Assembly: GCF_020745735.1 (NCBI RefSeq)
Contig: NC_083409.1
Coordinates: forward strand, 88,246,048 to 88,310,047
Source: Hemiscyllium ocellatum
Lineage: Eukaryota
Direction: 5' to 3'
DNA length: 64,000 nt
This document shows, one piece after another, positions 1 through 13,574 of this stretch (positions are counted from its first letter, which is position 1; the number at the start of each line of letters is the position of its first letter). The translations under genes were made by a program, and so were the position numbers. Under the pieces are notes generated by a model, which worked only from the letters and a program-made list of their open reading frames with translations, made no database searches and was not told the DNA's origin.

Positions 1-1487
1 GCTGAGATATTTGTATCATCGATAGTTACAGGTGAGGTGCCGGAAGACTGGAGGTTGGCAAACGTGGTGCCACTGTTTAAGAAGGGCGCTAAAGACAAGC
101 CAGGGAACTATAGACCAGTGAGCCTGACCTCAGTGGTGGGCAGGTTGTTGGAGGGAATCCTGAGGGACAGGATGTACATGTATTTGGAAATGCAAGGACT
201 AATTCGGGATAGTCAACATGGCTTTGTGAATGGGAAATCATGTCTCACAAAATTCATTGAGTTTTTTGAAGAAGCAACAATGAAGATTGATGAGGGCAGA
301 ACAGTAGATGTGATCTATATGGACTTCATTAAGGCATTCGACAAGGTTCCCCATGGGAGACTGATTAGCAAGGTTAGATCTCACGGAATACAGGGAGAAT
401 TAGCCATTTGGATACAGAACTGGCTCAAAGGTAGAAGACAGAGGGTGGTGGTGGTGGAGGGTTGTTTTTCCGACTGGAGGCCTATAACCAGTGGAGTGCC
501 ACAAGGATTGGTGTTGGGCCCTCTACTTTTTGTCATTTACATAAATGATTTGGATGCGAGCATAAGAGGTACAGTTAGTAAGTTTGCAGATGACACCAAA
601 ATTGGAGGTGTAGTGACAGCGAAGAGGGTTACCTTAGATTACAACAGGGCCTGGATCAGATGGGCCAATGGGCTGAGAAATGACAGATGGAGTTTAATTC
701 CGATAAATGCAAGGTGCTGCATTTTGGAAAAGCAAATCTTAGCAGGACTTATACACTTAATGGTAAGGTCCTCAGGAGTGTTGCAGAACAAAGAGACGTT
801 GGAGTGCAGGTTCATAGCTCTTTGAAAGTGGAGTCACAGGTAGATAGGATAGTGAAGAAGGCGTGTCATATGGTCAGAGTATTGAGTACAGGAGTTGGGA
901 GGTCATGTTGCGGCTGTACAGGACATTGGTTAGGCCACTGTTGGAATATTGCATGCAATTCTGGTCTCCTTCCTATTGGAAGGATGTTGTGAAACTTGAA
1001 AGGGTTCAGAAAAGCTTTACAAGGATGTTGCCAGGTTTGGAGGATCTGACTACAGGGAGAGGCTGAACAGGCTGGGGCTGTTTTCCCTGGAGCATTGGAG
1101 CCTGAGGGGTGACCTTATAGAGGTTTACAAAATTATGAGGAGCATGGGTAGGACAAAGTCTTTTCCCTGGGGTTGGGGAGTCCAGAACTCGAAGGCATAG
1201 ATTTTGGGTGAGAGGGGAGAGATATAAAAGAGGCTTAAGGGGCAACTTTTTCATGCAGAGGGTGGTATGGAATGAGCTGCCAGAGGATGTGGTGGAGGCT
1301 GATACAATTGCAAAATTTAAGAGGGATTTGGGTGGGTATATGAATAGGAAGGGTTTGGAGGGATATGGGCCATATGCTGGCAAGTGGGACTAGATAGGGT
1401 TGGGATATCTGGTCGGCATGGAAGAGTTGGACCGAAGGGTCTGTTCCATGCTGTACATCTCTATGACTCTATGACTCTATGACTCAT
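1..1487 (+). mobile_element. CR1 LINE, decayed 3' part of ORF2 (RT) plus 3' UTR
   Basis: Frameshifted ORFs with [26 protein letters not shown] and EYCMQFWSP; ends in a (CTATGACT)n tail at about 1461-1485. Confidence 0.95.
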
Positions 1488-1564
1488 AGCATTGTCATAA
1501 TCAGCCTAGCCCAAATTAAACTAGGTTGGTTACCTTCATCCTTACTCTGTTTTGATCACCGCCA

Positions 1565-1765
1565 CATCTTGCTCCTCTTCCTTTTCTTCCTTCCTCTCCT
1601 CTTCTTATTTATTGTCCTGTTCCTCATCCTCCTCTGCTTATTCTTACTATTCCTCCTCTTTCTTCTTCATTTCTTTCTCATCCTCCTCTGCTTATTCTTC
1701 ATCTTCTTCCTATTTGTCCTCTTTCTCTTCTTCCTACTTCCTTCTCTTCCTCCTTCCTGTCTTCC
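1565..1765. repeat. (CTT/CCT)n low-complexity tract, Glu-rich on the minus strand
   Basis: Pyrimidine triplet run; lies directly downstream of the Harbinger catalytic region on the minus strand. Confidence 0.85.
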
Positions 1766-2404
1766 ACAAACCCCCCACCCCCATATAACTGACTACTGTG
1801 ACCTCATGGTAATGAAGTCATATGGCATGCAGCAAACCAAGATGAATCTTGATATGCTCCTTGAAAAATACTGTAGGACTCTGAAAGAGTGATCCTGGCA
1901 CCAGGAGCATTATTTAAGAATTCCCTATTCTCTGTTCTATCTTCTCCTGTGTAACATTATACTATTTGTTATATGCATGCTGCCTAAGTGTATGTGAGTT
2001 GCACAATGTTGCCAGGGGTCATGATATCCTTTGTTGCTCAGTTTGTTATGTTGGAAATCTATAGTCCTCTCAAAGCTGTATGCTCATTTCACTGCTTCTC
2101 TCTGGCAAGTGACAATGTAATATATTCAGGCCTCTTGGAATACAAAGCCTTAGAGGCCTCCTTTATCCAAACATAACTTGTAGACTGGAGGACATTATAA
2201 ATATCACTCCCTCGAGTCTGGAAGGAGTCAAGATGCGTAAAGCTGCATTGTCACAGTTACCCCCCACAGCCAATAGACAATGCTGACCTTGCCCTGCTTT
2301 AAAGTTGCATGTGTAATTACAGAAATAGTAGATTTCAGTGAGGTCCTCACTAATGAGGCAGAGATGGCTGATACAGGTTGAAGAATTCTTCCCTGAACAC
2401 ATGT

Positions 2405-2688
2405 AATGTCAAACAGTGCTATTGCATGGCCACAGGCCCTTTGCCCCAATATGTCCATGCTGACCAGGTTTCCTAAATTGAACTATTCCCATTTGTTTAC
2501 ATTTGGCCCATATTCATCTAAACCTTTCCTATCCATATGTTTTTTAAATGTTGTAGTTTTACTAGCCTCTACCACTTCCTGTTACAGCTCATTCCATATA
2601 CTCACCACCCTCTGTTAAGAAAATCGTTGCCCCTCAGGTCCATTTTAAATCTTTTTCCTCTCATCTTGAACCTATGTGTTCTAGTTTC
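2405..2688 (-). mobile_element. CR1 3' fragment nested in the Harbinger relic
   Basis: Reverse complement of the CR1 ORF2 end and 3' UTR seen at 1200-1460. Confidence 0.8.
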
Positions 2689-4356
2689 TTAGTGAATATG
2701 GCCTGCTGCTAATAGCCAATCTACCCTCTCCATTTCCCTTCCCCATTCTTTAAGCAGCTTGTCCTGCTCAGTGCCACTTCGGTTTATCCTCCCACAGTGT
2801 TGGATATTGAAGATGCAACATGGAATATCCACGTTTGGGAGCAGATGCTGAATCCTTGAAGTTACGGCAAAATTGTTCATCATCTGCCATACCATTCCTG
2901 TTGACATGAGCAAGTGTAACCTATTCTGAAACAATCAAACAACCTCTACAATTACCGGCTGAACCACTAGACATGATGCAATATTGAACCTGAAAGGAAG
3001 TGATGGTTGCTTTTCACAGGGTTGATAGGGCCTGTACTGCTGTTGAATGTGTGTTCAGCTGTATTTGCTGCAAAATTGTGCTCCAATGTCACAAAGCTGG
3101 TGATATGTTATCAGTACTTCTGTGCTCATGCCCACAATACACTGGCAACTGGTGCCAAAGTGTGTGCACACTTTCAAAGAATGTAATAGTCACACTGCCA
3201 AAATGTTGGTGATGTGGACCTGTATATTGCACCAAACGTCAAAAGGCAATTATTGTACTAACTTATATCACATCAGATAGATTTTAATAGCTATAAATGG
3301 GTGTGTTAATATCGGAAATTTTCATTTGATATCGGAAACCCAAACTCGAGCTGCCTCCTGACTTGTTCACTTCTGTTTTTAATGGGATTCGACAAAGGGT
3401 GAACAGCAAACCCACTCCCAGGAGGTGCTGTCACTTTAAATTTTATTTCAAGACAGGCAGCCTCTGATCTTACCTGTTGAACATTTTAAACCCTAGCCAA
3501 TTGTGTTTCCCAGGCTTTGGGAATTCCAGCAGCTGGATTGTAACCATATGAGTTCCAGGAAAAAGGTGAATTAGTAGTGGTGTCACTAAGTAGGGCAAGG
3601 TCATGGAAGCTGAAGATGAGGAAAGAGGAGGGGAGAATGACTCTCAGCAAGAGGCAATTGCAACACTGCCTGTGGATCTGGATGAACAAATAATCTTCCC
3701 CATTAATCCTTCTGTCCTACCACCACTTCATCAGTAATTCCTGATGTTGAGCTTTGAGCACCAGACCATGAAAGTCCTGCCTCCCTCAGGATATCTCCTG
3801 GATCAGGGATTCGTCTCTGTGATCTGATCACTCCCCTGACCAGTACGTGCTTTATCAAGGATTGAATCTCCCCGTCCCTCCATTGCAATCAATCTTCCAC
3901 CTTGGGTCAGAAGTCCATTTCTTGGTGATTAGATGAAACCCTTCTCATGTTAATCTTTCTCATGCTCCAACTCAATCTATCTGGTCTCAGACTGGTTTGG
4001 CTATGAGTTTGTGTTCTGAGATTTCCCACGTGACAGGGGAGCCAGCCTTCTAGACAGAGTGGCCATGGGTGGGAAATGTAAAACAAAATTACAATGTTGT
4101 GCTATTATTAATTGGTACGTTTGGGAAACTTGCACTTTTAGATATCCTGACCTCAAAAGAGAAACCCCTCTCTTGTTCCATCCTCATCTTCCAGCTATTA
4201 TTCAGCTCTGTGTGAATAGCTTGACTTTTACTCTCTCGATATTAGAAAACTCAAACATGTACACTGAGTCCGCTATCGAAAGAAGATGAAAGTTTGATGG
4301 TGGCATATGTCTCAGGAACTGTGGTCCTCAAAAACACCAAATAGAGAAGCAATTGT

Positions 4357-4675
4357 GGGCGGCACGGTGGCACAGTGGTTAGCACTGCTGTCTCACAGTG
4401 CCTGAGACCCGGGTTCAATTCCCGACTCAGGCGACTGACTGTGTGGAGTTTGCACGTTCTCCCCGTGTCTGCGTGGGTTTCCTCCGGGTGCTCCGGTTTC
4501 CTCCCACAGTCCAAAGATGTGCGGGTCAGGTGAACTGGCCATGCTAAATTGCCTGTAGTGTTAGGTAAGGGGTAAATGTAGGGGTATGGGTGGGTTGCGC
4601 TTTGGCGGGTCGGTGTGGACTTGTTGGGCCAAAGAGCCTGTTTCCACACTGTAAGTAATCTAATCTAAAAAAAAA
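4357..4675 (+). mobile_element. HE1-type V-SINE, full length
   Basis: tRNA-like head (TGGCACAGTGG A box, GGTTCAATTCC B box), V-domain GTGTGGAGTTTGCAC...GGTTTCCTCC, CR1-like 3' end and TAATC/A tail. Confidence 0.9.
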
Positions 4676-7600
4676 TGCATCAGGGGTACTCTGTTAAATC
4701 AATCTGAATATCTGATACTAGGATCCTCTCAATGCATTCACATCTGAATTGAAGATTGGTAAATGGTTTTTGGTGGTCGGTTGAAAGATTATAAAGATTG
4801 CCAAAAGATGTATCTAAAAATAATGTGACATCTCAACTAACACTAGGAGAATGACATTTTCGACAGGGAGACGTGTCAAAATATGATTCAGAATGGCACA
4901 AGACAGCTTGAAGCAAGTCATATCAAGGTAACTGAACATGAGAGGCAAAGGAAACCAAGAAAGGAACAGCTTTTAGGTTAGTTTAACGTCAGTGTCCGAT
5001 GTATGGGATGTTGGTTCATTCTGAAGTCCTTGGATAAGTAGGAAACTACACATCAATTTTTCATTTAATATGATATATTACTGAATGCATTATTATAAAT
5101 ATCTGCTGTCACCCTAGACAAAGCCTGGAGTCCCACAATCTCTCTTTATAACTATTTTGAGAAGTAATGGGGAATAAATTTTTAAAAAAAAATTTTTTAA
5201 ATGTTTCATTTTAATGAAACCAAACTAGTCAAAAGAAACTTTCCAATTAAATAAAGATTATGGGGATAATAATCCTTTATAGGTGCTCAACATACTTGAT
5301 CAATTAATGTCCTCCATTCTGTCTATCCTTAATTTTTGACAATGCAGTGAACTTGGGAAAACATTCCTTATTAAAATATAATCGGACTTCACGGACCTGT
5401 GAGAACCATAACTTGTATTAATTCAAGATTGATTATATCAATTGTGCAGAAACTGTCATTATTAGATCAAGAAATGAGGACAACAGCACGAGTGGTCCAA
5501 ATATCAATACATCAGGAATTTCTGGAACCAAAATATCTTAAGTGCCTTCCAGTTTTACATATCCACATTGATTAAAAATCTCAAGGTTGCATCAATTGGC
5601 TAGATGATAGAGTGAGATGCAGAATAAACAGTACAGGTTGGGTTCTTGTGCCAGTTATGGTAGTTCTTGAAAATTCTTATCCTGCGCCATGCTTGTTGTG
5701 TTGTTACCCTGAAGCCAAATCTTCAATTGTCTCTCTCCAATGAAGAGAAATGTCTATGGTCCTTTGTAGACAGTGACTCTACTTAATGGATAACTGTAAT
5801 TCTTCTCAAGAGTTGCATTCAGGACAAGTATGATCCCACCAGTGGCAAGAGAAACACCTCAATGGTGCTTGCAGTTTCAGTGAGAGTGGATCTGAAAGTG
5901 GCAGAAATACCAAGAGATCAGGGTATCTGTTCCACTGAAGGTTTCAGCTATGACTAAGGAGTTCTAAGTGGTGGTACCTGGATTAGAAAAGAGAATAGTT
6001 TGCTACTCAGGTATCCATTCTGAGAGAGGGGGTGGAGGTGGGGGCGGGGAGGACTTCCAGACTATTACTCCAACTTTCCTTTACTATCACCTTGTCATGC
6101 CAATTATGAGAACCAGTAGTTCCAAATGTGGATGGGAAAGAAATCCTCTCAGAATCCAGGCCTGGTTATTTGCTGTTAGGCCATGAAGGAGATGTGAATG
6201 ATAGCTTTGATATAAACAGGTGGTGGATAATATTGTCCAGGTGATGAAAAACCAACAGGCCTCACTATTTGCATTTTCTTCATTCTGTGTTCCACGTGAC
6301 CCTATGTTCTGAGTGTTCCATAGTTTTATGTCTTCCAGAAGCATGACCTAAGTTCTAATCTCTCTTTGTCCCACACAGAATGTTGATGTTCTTGATTGAA
6401 GCTTTGCCAATATTTCCCAGGCAATTGCAAAGAGCCAGGAATGAACCTCCCAACATAATTTCAATGATAGCTTGCCAAGATAACAAAGAGGGCATAAAGA
6501 TATGAGCAAGAGAACCAAACAAAATGCACTTTTTTTTTGCACTGTTGACTGGCACGGCCAATAGTTTTGAAATTGTGTCTAAGGCTAAATGGTGTTTTGG
6601 AGCAAAAAGGTTTGTCTCTTACCCTGAACTTTAACCAAGATGTTCTGAAATGTTTCGAAATCAGTTATGCAATCTGCTGACTTCAGACATAAATTGACTT
6701 ACTCATTGAACAGCTGCTGAATACTTCATCAGATTACTTCTCTGAAAGGCAATTTGAATCAGATCCAAATATTATATGTGACTAATTCAGTGACTTCAGC
6801 TCATTTGACCTGCATATTCCCTTCAGAACATTAGTCTGTATTGCTCAAGTGCAGTTTTCCCTAAATAAAATATGTGTAAGTATTACCTTGTTGCATCTGA
6901 TACACTGCACTGGTGACTCCAACATGTGGACGTAACTTCCACTTACAATAGGCTGATTATTCACTTCAGGGTGAGAAACTGTTTCTGGGTTCTGAACCCA
7001 CTGTGAGATTTTGAGTGTCGCTTATTTTTCTTTTATCAGTAACTCTCTATATATTGAAATAGATTCATAAGTCAGACCTGCTGTTAACCAAGACATATCA
7101 GCTCTCGCCTGTCAGCTCCAAATGCTCAATCACTCTGTCCTTCATTGTAGATTCTAGTATCTTCTTGACAACTGATGTTGGTCTGTCCTACCAGGAAATG
7201 TTAATATCATTCTGCACTTCGCAATATTCATATGAACTTACTTGTGATCATCTGAGTTCAAAAGTTATCATTTGACATTAATGATCAAATTATGTTATTG
7301 GTGATCAACTGACATGAAATTACACAAAGCTCAATTGCATTTTTCTCATGTATCTTGTATAATATAAGGGCTGAGAAGGAATTAAAACAGCATATAAAGT
7401 GGCCAACTAGCTTGTTCTTAAGGAAAAATTTCAAGTTCAAATGATCATGGCAAAAATGACTAAGTTTCAAACATTGAACTTTCAGTTCCAATTATTGTGA
7501 TATATGGATTCAGTGAGTCGATTTGTTAACATAGCATCATTGAACAAATCATTGCAGTGATTATTACATTGGGGCTGCAAGGATATGGGGGAACGGGCAC

Positions 7601-7699
7601 TTAAACAATTTTGAGGAAAGCTTCCAAACACAATTTCAGATGGTTCGTTAAAGTATGCACAGTGGTGTTAATTATAATTTAAATTTGTACTGTACATCT

Positions 7700-8187
7700 T
7701 ACTATAGGAAGGATGTGGAAGCTTTAGAACGAGTGCAGAGGAGGTTTACCAGGATGTTGCCTGGAATGGTAGGAAAATCTTATGAGGAAAGGCTGAGGCA
7801 CTTGGGGCTGTTCTCATTGGAGAAGAGAAGGTTTAGGGGAGATCTGATAGAAGTGTATAAGATGATTAGGGGTTTAGATAGGGTAGATACTAAGAACCTT
7901 TTACCGCTAATGGAGTCAGGTGTTACTAGGGGACATAGCTTTAAATTAAGGGGTGGTAGGTATAGGACAGATGTTAGGGGTAGATTCTTCACACAGCGGG
8001 TTGTGAGTTCATGGAATGCCCTGCCCGTATCAGTGGTGAACTCTCCTTCTTTATGGTCATTTAAGCGGGCATTGGATAGGCATTTGGAAGTTATTGGGCT
8101 AGTATAGGTTAGGTAGGATTCGGTCGGCGCAACATCGAGGGCCGAAGGGCCTGTACTGCGCTGTATCCTTCTATGTTCTATGTTCTA
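7700..8187 (+). mobile_element. Young 5'-truncated CR1 copy
   Basis: Nearly identical to 63214-63706; (TATGTTC)n tail; ATCTTAC direct repeat at 7696-7702 and 8187-8193. Confidence 0.95.
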
Positions 8188-8413
8188 TCTTACCATTATC
8201 AGTTTACTTTCGTTCCAATGTTCCACCCTTTCCTAGTCTTGCATCCCTGATCTCTATGTCATTAATGTGCACATTCTCTTGGTAAAAATCCGTTTGGGGA
8301 AAGTGTTCACAGCTTCATTATTTTGACTTATTTTGCAGCAGAAAATTGCAACCAATAGATAATTGACAATGTCAATGAAAATTTGCACATGTTGAAATGT
8401 ATTGATTGTTTGA

Positions 8414-8549
8414 TGGTTCCTGCTTCCAGCAAGATATATTACAATCCGTATCAAAGAAAAATCAAAGAAATTTGAGGTTTTTTTCTTTATTCTTCCATGG
8501 AATGTGGGCATCATGGCCAATAAATACTGATTTTGCTGATCCCTAATTG
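8414..8549 (+). repeat. Local 136-bp duplication, copy 1 (copy 2 at 10213-10348)
   Basis: Both copies read TGGTTCCTGCTTCCAGCAAG...TCAAAGAAAAATCAAAGAAATTTGAG...TTATTCTTCCATGGAATGT...TAATTG. Confidence 0.85.
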
Positions 8550-8764
8550 ACAGATTGCATTGACTGTTGAGAATAGACTTGGTATTGAAGTGAACCAACA
8601 CATTTGCAATATTCCACATCACAAAAACAATGAGATTGTTATTTCATGATCTCAATCCTGATCTTTATTTTCTTATTATTTCATTATCGTTTAACAGGAT
8701 TTGATCTGCCTTGTACTCTCAACTGCTTTGCATGTTTCTTTGGGTTTTATGGCCTATTGTTTCC

Positions 8765-9150
8765 AATGGAGTTTAGAAGAGTGAAGGGTAATTTGATTGT
8801 AAAGTATAAGATCCTGGATGGTCTTGACAAAGAGCACATGGAAAGGATGTTTTCTCTCGAGGGTCACTTCAGAACCAGGGCTCACTGTTTTAAGATCTGG
8901 GGTCACCCTTTCAAAATGGAAATTAGAATGCTTCCGTCTCAGGAGACTTTGGAATGCTATGGCTCCAAAGGCAGTGGAAGTGGAGTAAACAAATATTTTT
9001 AAGACCAAGGTGGATATTTTTGTATTAGGCAAGGGATCTAAAGTAACTGGGGGATATGGGGTTATGGAAGTCAGAACACAAACAGATCACATGTGATTTT
9101 ATCAAATGAAAGAGCTGGATTGAGGGTCCAAATGGTCCATTTCAGCTCTC
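8765..9150 (+). mobile_element. Old CR1 3' fragment
   Basis: Translation EFRRVKGNLIVKYKILDGLDK...RTRAHCFKI resembles the CR1 ORF2 C-terminus. Confidence 0.75.
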
Positions 9151-9155
9151 ATTTC

Positions 9156-9422
9156 TTTTTTTTTAGATTACTTACAGCGTGGAAACAGGCCCTTCGGCCC
9201 ACCAAGTCCACACCGACCCGCCGAAGCGCAACCCACCCATACCCCTACATTTACCCCTTTACCTAACACTACGGGCAATTTATCCTGGCCAATTCACCTA
9301 ACCTGCACATCTTTGGACTGTGGGAGGAAACCGGAGCACCCGGAGGAAACCCACGCAGACACGGGGAGAACGTGCAAACTCCACACAGTCAGTTGCCCGA
9401 GTCGGGAATTGAACCCGGGTCT
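9156..9422 (-). mobile_element. HE1-type V-SINE, 5'-truncated
   Basis: Reverse complement of the 4357-4675 element. Confidence 0.9.
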
Positions 9423-10279
9423 TCATATGTTTGTATTGTATATTGCCACCTCAGTAATAGAGTCCTTTTGGGATTTTTCTATTTGCCAACTAATAATGCC
9501 CTTAAATGCTCAATTAATGGCTACTTATGGGTTTCAACCCAATACCTTCTTGATTACCTAACTCCTTACAGAACCATTGAGGTCTGCAGTGGATGAGAAA
9601 AATAGCTCGGAAATCTCAGAGTGACTGTTTCTCCCTCGGAATGGGTTCAGGAACTGTACTGACTCCAGCTTCTCAACCTGAAGTGAAAAATCGGTCTGCA
9701 GAGTTGGCTGTGTCATCCAAGTACCCCAATGTGAGGATAACTGGATGCACAGATAGGGAGCAGTAGGTAGCGCTCTGAAAGCTAGTCCTGTCCTTGCCTC
9801 TTGTACCCTGCCCCTGTGAGTTTCCCCCAAGACGCAAGATAAATATGGTTTACCATCTCAGTGCTGGTTCCCCTCAGATTTAGGCCTTAATTGCAAGTCT
9901 TTAGGGCCCAGATGCTGCCAGTGTCTTGTTGGCCAAAAACTTCTGATAGCATAAGTTCATCATGAGCTGATTGGTGGCTGATCAAAAAGATCTTGGTTGC
10001 AGTGGTAATCCCCACCTAACATGCTGGCCCCACACTTAGAGAGAAAATATTGGGCAACTGTACCATCTTTTACAGTTGTGTTAGAGTAGAGTTGCTCGTT
10101 TTGCATTTAAAATCTTTTAAGAAGGAGTTTTTTAAAAAAAAAGTTTCCTTGAAAGGCCTGGAAAGGAGGGAAAACAATAAAAATACCCTCTTGGCTTTGT
10201 CAGATTTGTAGGTGGTTCCTGCTTCCAGCAAGGTACATTCCAATCAGTTTCAAAGAAAAATCAAAGAAATTTGAGTTTT

Positions 10280-10612
10280 TTTTCTTTATTCTTCCATGGA
10301 ATGTAAGTATCATGGTTAATAAATACTGGCTTTGCTAATCCTTAATTGCCCTTGAGCTGAGAATCTTGGTTAGTCATTTCAGGGACAATTAAGAGTAACC
10401 ATATTGTTGTATTTCTTGAGTCACATGTAGGCCAGACTAGGTAAGGATAGTAGATTTCCTTTGCTAAATTACATTAGTGAATGAAATGGGTTCTTACAAC
10501 AATGATAGGTGCCATGGTCTTCATTACTAAAACTAGCTTTATATTCCTGATTTATGAATTAAATTCTATTAGCTGCAGTGGTGGGATTTAAACCCATGCC
10601 TTTCAGAGACAG
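10280..10612 (-). mobile_element. tRNA-derived SINE, same family as 26885-27208
   Basis: Shared blocks (TAATTGCCC, TTAAGAGT, GTCACATGTAGGCCAGAC, GGGATTTAAACCC). Confidence 0.65.
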
Positions 10613-11032
10613 AGTCAAAAGTCACACGACACCAGGTTATAGTCCAACAGGTTGATTTGAAATCACAAGCTTAGAAAGCACAGCTCCTTTGTCAGGTGAA
10701 ATGGAGGGAAGCGCACAAGCACAGATTTTATAGATGGAGAGATCTTTGCAGGATAATTCCAGGTAATTAAGAGTGTCAAAAGATAGTACAAATGCTGTGA
10801 GTGGAGCGTCGACTGGCTGAACAATAAGTCTGTGGTGGTGATCAGAAGTGTCAAACAGCTGAATAACAAGTGTGAGTTAAACGTCAACAGCTGAATAACA
10901 AGTGAAAGAATGGCTTATGATCTGAGTAATTAAGTCAGGGAAGTAATTATAAAATATTAAGAATAAGACGGTGCTAGAGACAAACCAAATGGCTGGAATA
11001 AAATGATAGGTGTAAGAGTCACATGACAAGAG
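10613..11032 (-). mobile_element. Penelope-like terminal segment (family B variant)
   Basis: CACCAGGTTATAGTCCAACAGG signature, degenerate hammerhead at about 10662-10698, imperfect flanking repeat TCAGAGACAG/TCAGAAACAG. Confidence 0.7.
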
Positions 11033-12279
11033 TCAGAAACAGGCGCTTATCAATGTAATTGATAATGATTCTATCTCCATGCCACATAGCTGACTCTTAA
11101 TACCCAGGCGGATAAGCTATGTTATTTTAACAGTGGTTCACATATTCCAAGTACTTTCAAACTAAATTCTGAGAATGATCACAAATTTACTTTGCAGCCA
11201 AAAGGATTTGAAGGTAATTTATGTTGAAAACCAGCAGGAAATTATATTGCTACTCTTACTTCATAGCCCACAACAATGAACATATGATTTATTCTTTTGT
11301 TTCTGAGAGCATGTATTGCCTTTTTATTGGTATTATAGGAAGTTTTAAAAAATTATATACTCTCATATTACTCATTCACAAGTAGCAAACACCTTCTCAG
11401 GCAACACCTACTCTCAATTGTTCTTTTCATGCAGAATCTTTCCCAAAAAGACTCAAGAAATTAAACAAATGTTACCACAATTTTGAGTTGCCATTTTTAA
11501 TTTAAGAAAGACATCTGAACCCATATTAGATATGGATCATGATGGTTCTTTGCAAAAATGTGTAAAGCATACATATCACAGTGATACCACTTAGTGGCTT
11601 GCCATGAGGTGAAACCTGCACTACAATCTATATTCATTTAAATGAAATTGTGTGCTTAATGTATACTTCTTGTTGGCAGGACTCCAAACTGCAAGTGTGA
11701 ACTTGAAAAACTTATCCTCAGCAACATAATTCAGCATTCTAGTGTTCCTATCTTTGCAGATGAGTCATCCAAATCCCAAATAATAGTTGACTTTTCAAAG
11801 AACCCATCGTCATGTCTGAGGGGGAGGAGGAATGTGACTCAGATGTTACACAGGAAAAGAAGTGGATAGAATTGCCAGTGTTAGAAATCCAACATCAAAG
11901 TGGCATACGGAAGAAAGGATTTGCAGTTTTTAAAAAAAATTTCAAAAATATTTCAAGAAATTAAACATTGCAGGATAAACTGTCAGACCAGTTCCACTCA
12001 CTTTCTTAAAACTAAAATGGCTGCTTTGACTAAGTGTTGATTTGTGGCAAATTTTGGGGTGGATTTCTCTCTGCTGTCTTTCCAAATTCATTTAATTCCT
12101 ATGTCCAGCACCCCTTTGTTACCCTCTTGTGTATTCTACCACTTGTTATATCTGAAAATACTGAACAGTGCTAGATATCCTGGGATCCCTGATGCTGGTG
12201 TTATATTTAAAAGGCTATTGTGCACCTGGTCAAATATAAGTCATCCAGAACCGGCCAACACTGCTTGTATTATTTGCTC

Positions 12280-12900
12280 TAGACAAGGGAAAACTGCTGC
12301 CCCACTTTGTGGACAGAGACCTGGACTTCTTGGAGGATGCAGTGGTGGAAAGGAGGGCAATCCTCTTTCAGCAGTGAAGACCATACTTCACTGTCACCAT
12401 ACCCTGTCAGTCTTGTCCATGGTTGTCAACTGAATCTGTGTAGTGTTGAGGATTTAGAGAAAAGCTCAGTAATGCATGATGCAGGTCAAGCGTTTTCTCC
12501 ACTCTGTCAGGAGATGGGTCACCATTTGTCTCTGGGTATACCACTCTCATTGTCTGTAACTACTTCCCTAATTTTGCTCTCACTCGTCCAATCCCCTCTG
12601 CAGCCCGCTGTGCTGTCTACTCACTCACTCAGGTGGGACTCATCATCACCTTTCCCTCACTCGCACTGGCAGCTGTGCCAGAAATTTGTGCCTTAGTCAA
12701 TCTCTCCCTTATTCCATTTCAGGAGAAAATGGCCCACCATAAGATGGAGAAAGCCATGATGGCTGTTAGGGTGGCCTCTTTTAGCTCCTCATCACCCTCC
12801 CCAACCCTCAACTATGATGGGAGGATCTTGGCTCTGGCCGGTGAGGACCAAGACTGCTCATGTGGTGAGGCCAAAGTGTCCATGTCCTATCAACAAGTAA
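12280..12900 (+). pseudogene. Decayed Harbinger Myb/SANT-like accessory gene
   Basis: DKGKLLPHFVDRDLDFLEDAVVERRAILF and QEKMAHHKMEK...ILALAGEDQDCSCGEAKV resemble Harbinger ORF2 segments; the element probably spans about 12055-14612. Confidence 0.55.
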
Positions 12901-13574
12901 GAATCATTGATCATTGTGTTGCTGCTCTCCCATTACTCTCACTGCGAACATACTCTTGACATGCCTGAACCCCTACTCTTTGCTTGGGACCCTTTCTCTC
13001 TTTTGTTTCTTGCAAGTACAAGTGGAATATGCACAGTCCTGACAATCAAGAGGATAGCCTTGTAACACATTTCTCATCCCCCACCTCTGGGAATTCTCAA
13101 ATCTCTCAGAGGAAGCACCAGCAGGACTGTCTCCTCCATTGTCGTTCCTCGGTGGGTGTTTCAGCCAGATTAGAGTCAGGAGCACCTGATGCTAAGCATA
13201 TCCCCGCCATAACTCTGTAACTTATCAAGGGTGCAACACTGCAGACTGCTGACACTGGGAGGACTGTTTGAGACTCAGGCAGGAGAGAACCCCCATGGTG
13301 TTGACAGTTAAGACCCTCACAGGAATGCACAAGCGGATTTTGAGAGCAGTGGGCAGGTTTGTTGGAGGCACAGGGCAGACTGACACCAATGCTGTTTGCA
13401 CCATGCTGCCTTTGGCATGCTAACATCAGAGCTTCCACCATAGATGTGTTGGCATCCAGCACATCCCAAATCATTGGATCAGCTGCAGCGCCATGTGCAA
13501 GCCGTGACAACTTGGAAGGTGTTTGCTACTTTGGCACCGAGGATGTTACAATCTGAGTTGATTGTTATTATTGG

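Larger units (their letters stand above)
1500..2790 (-). pseudogene. Decayed PIF/Harbinger (HARBI1-like) transposase
   Basis: Manual minus-strand translation gives VTVTMQLYAS..SFQ, KGY..MTP, AYNK, EKIEQRIGILK*CSWCQDHSFRVLQYFSRSISRFILVCCM, followed by an acidic tail. Many stops; interrupted by a CR1 fragment. Confidence 0.75.

Noticed and set aside
1479-1892. Hydrophobic Leu/Phe-rich 137-aa ORF resembling a membrane protein
   Set aside because: Antisense reading of a low-complexity acidic tract in the Harbinger relic.
4357-4430. tRNA-like A and B boxes
   Set aside because: SINE head; no complete cloverleaf evident.
4251-4649. ORFs containing DCGRKPEHPEETHADTGRTCKLHT (also 9313 and 57341)
   Set aside because: Antisense translation of the V-SINE domain, not genes.
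5296-5396. Minus-strand exon-like segment VREVRLYFNKECFPKF
   Set aside because: Stops in all three frames before the donor site; no partner exon.
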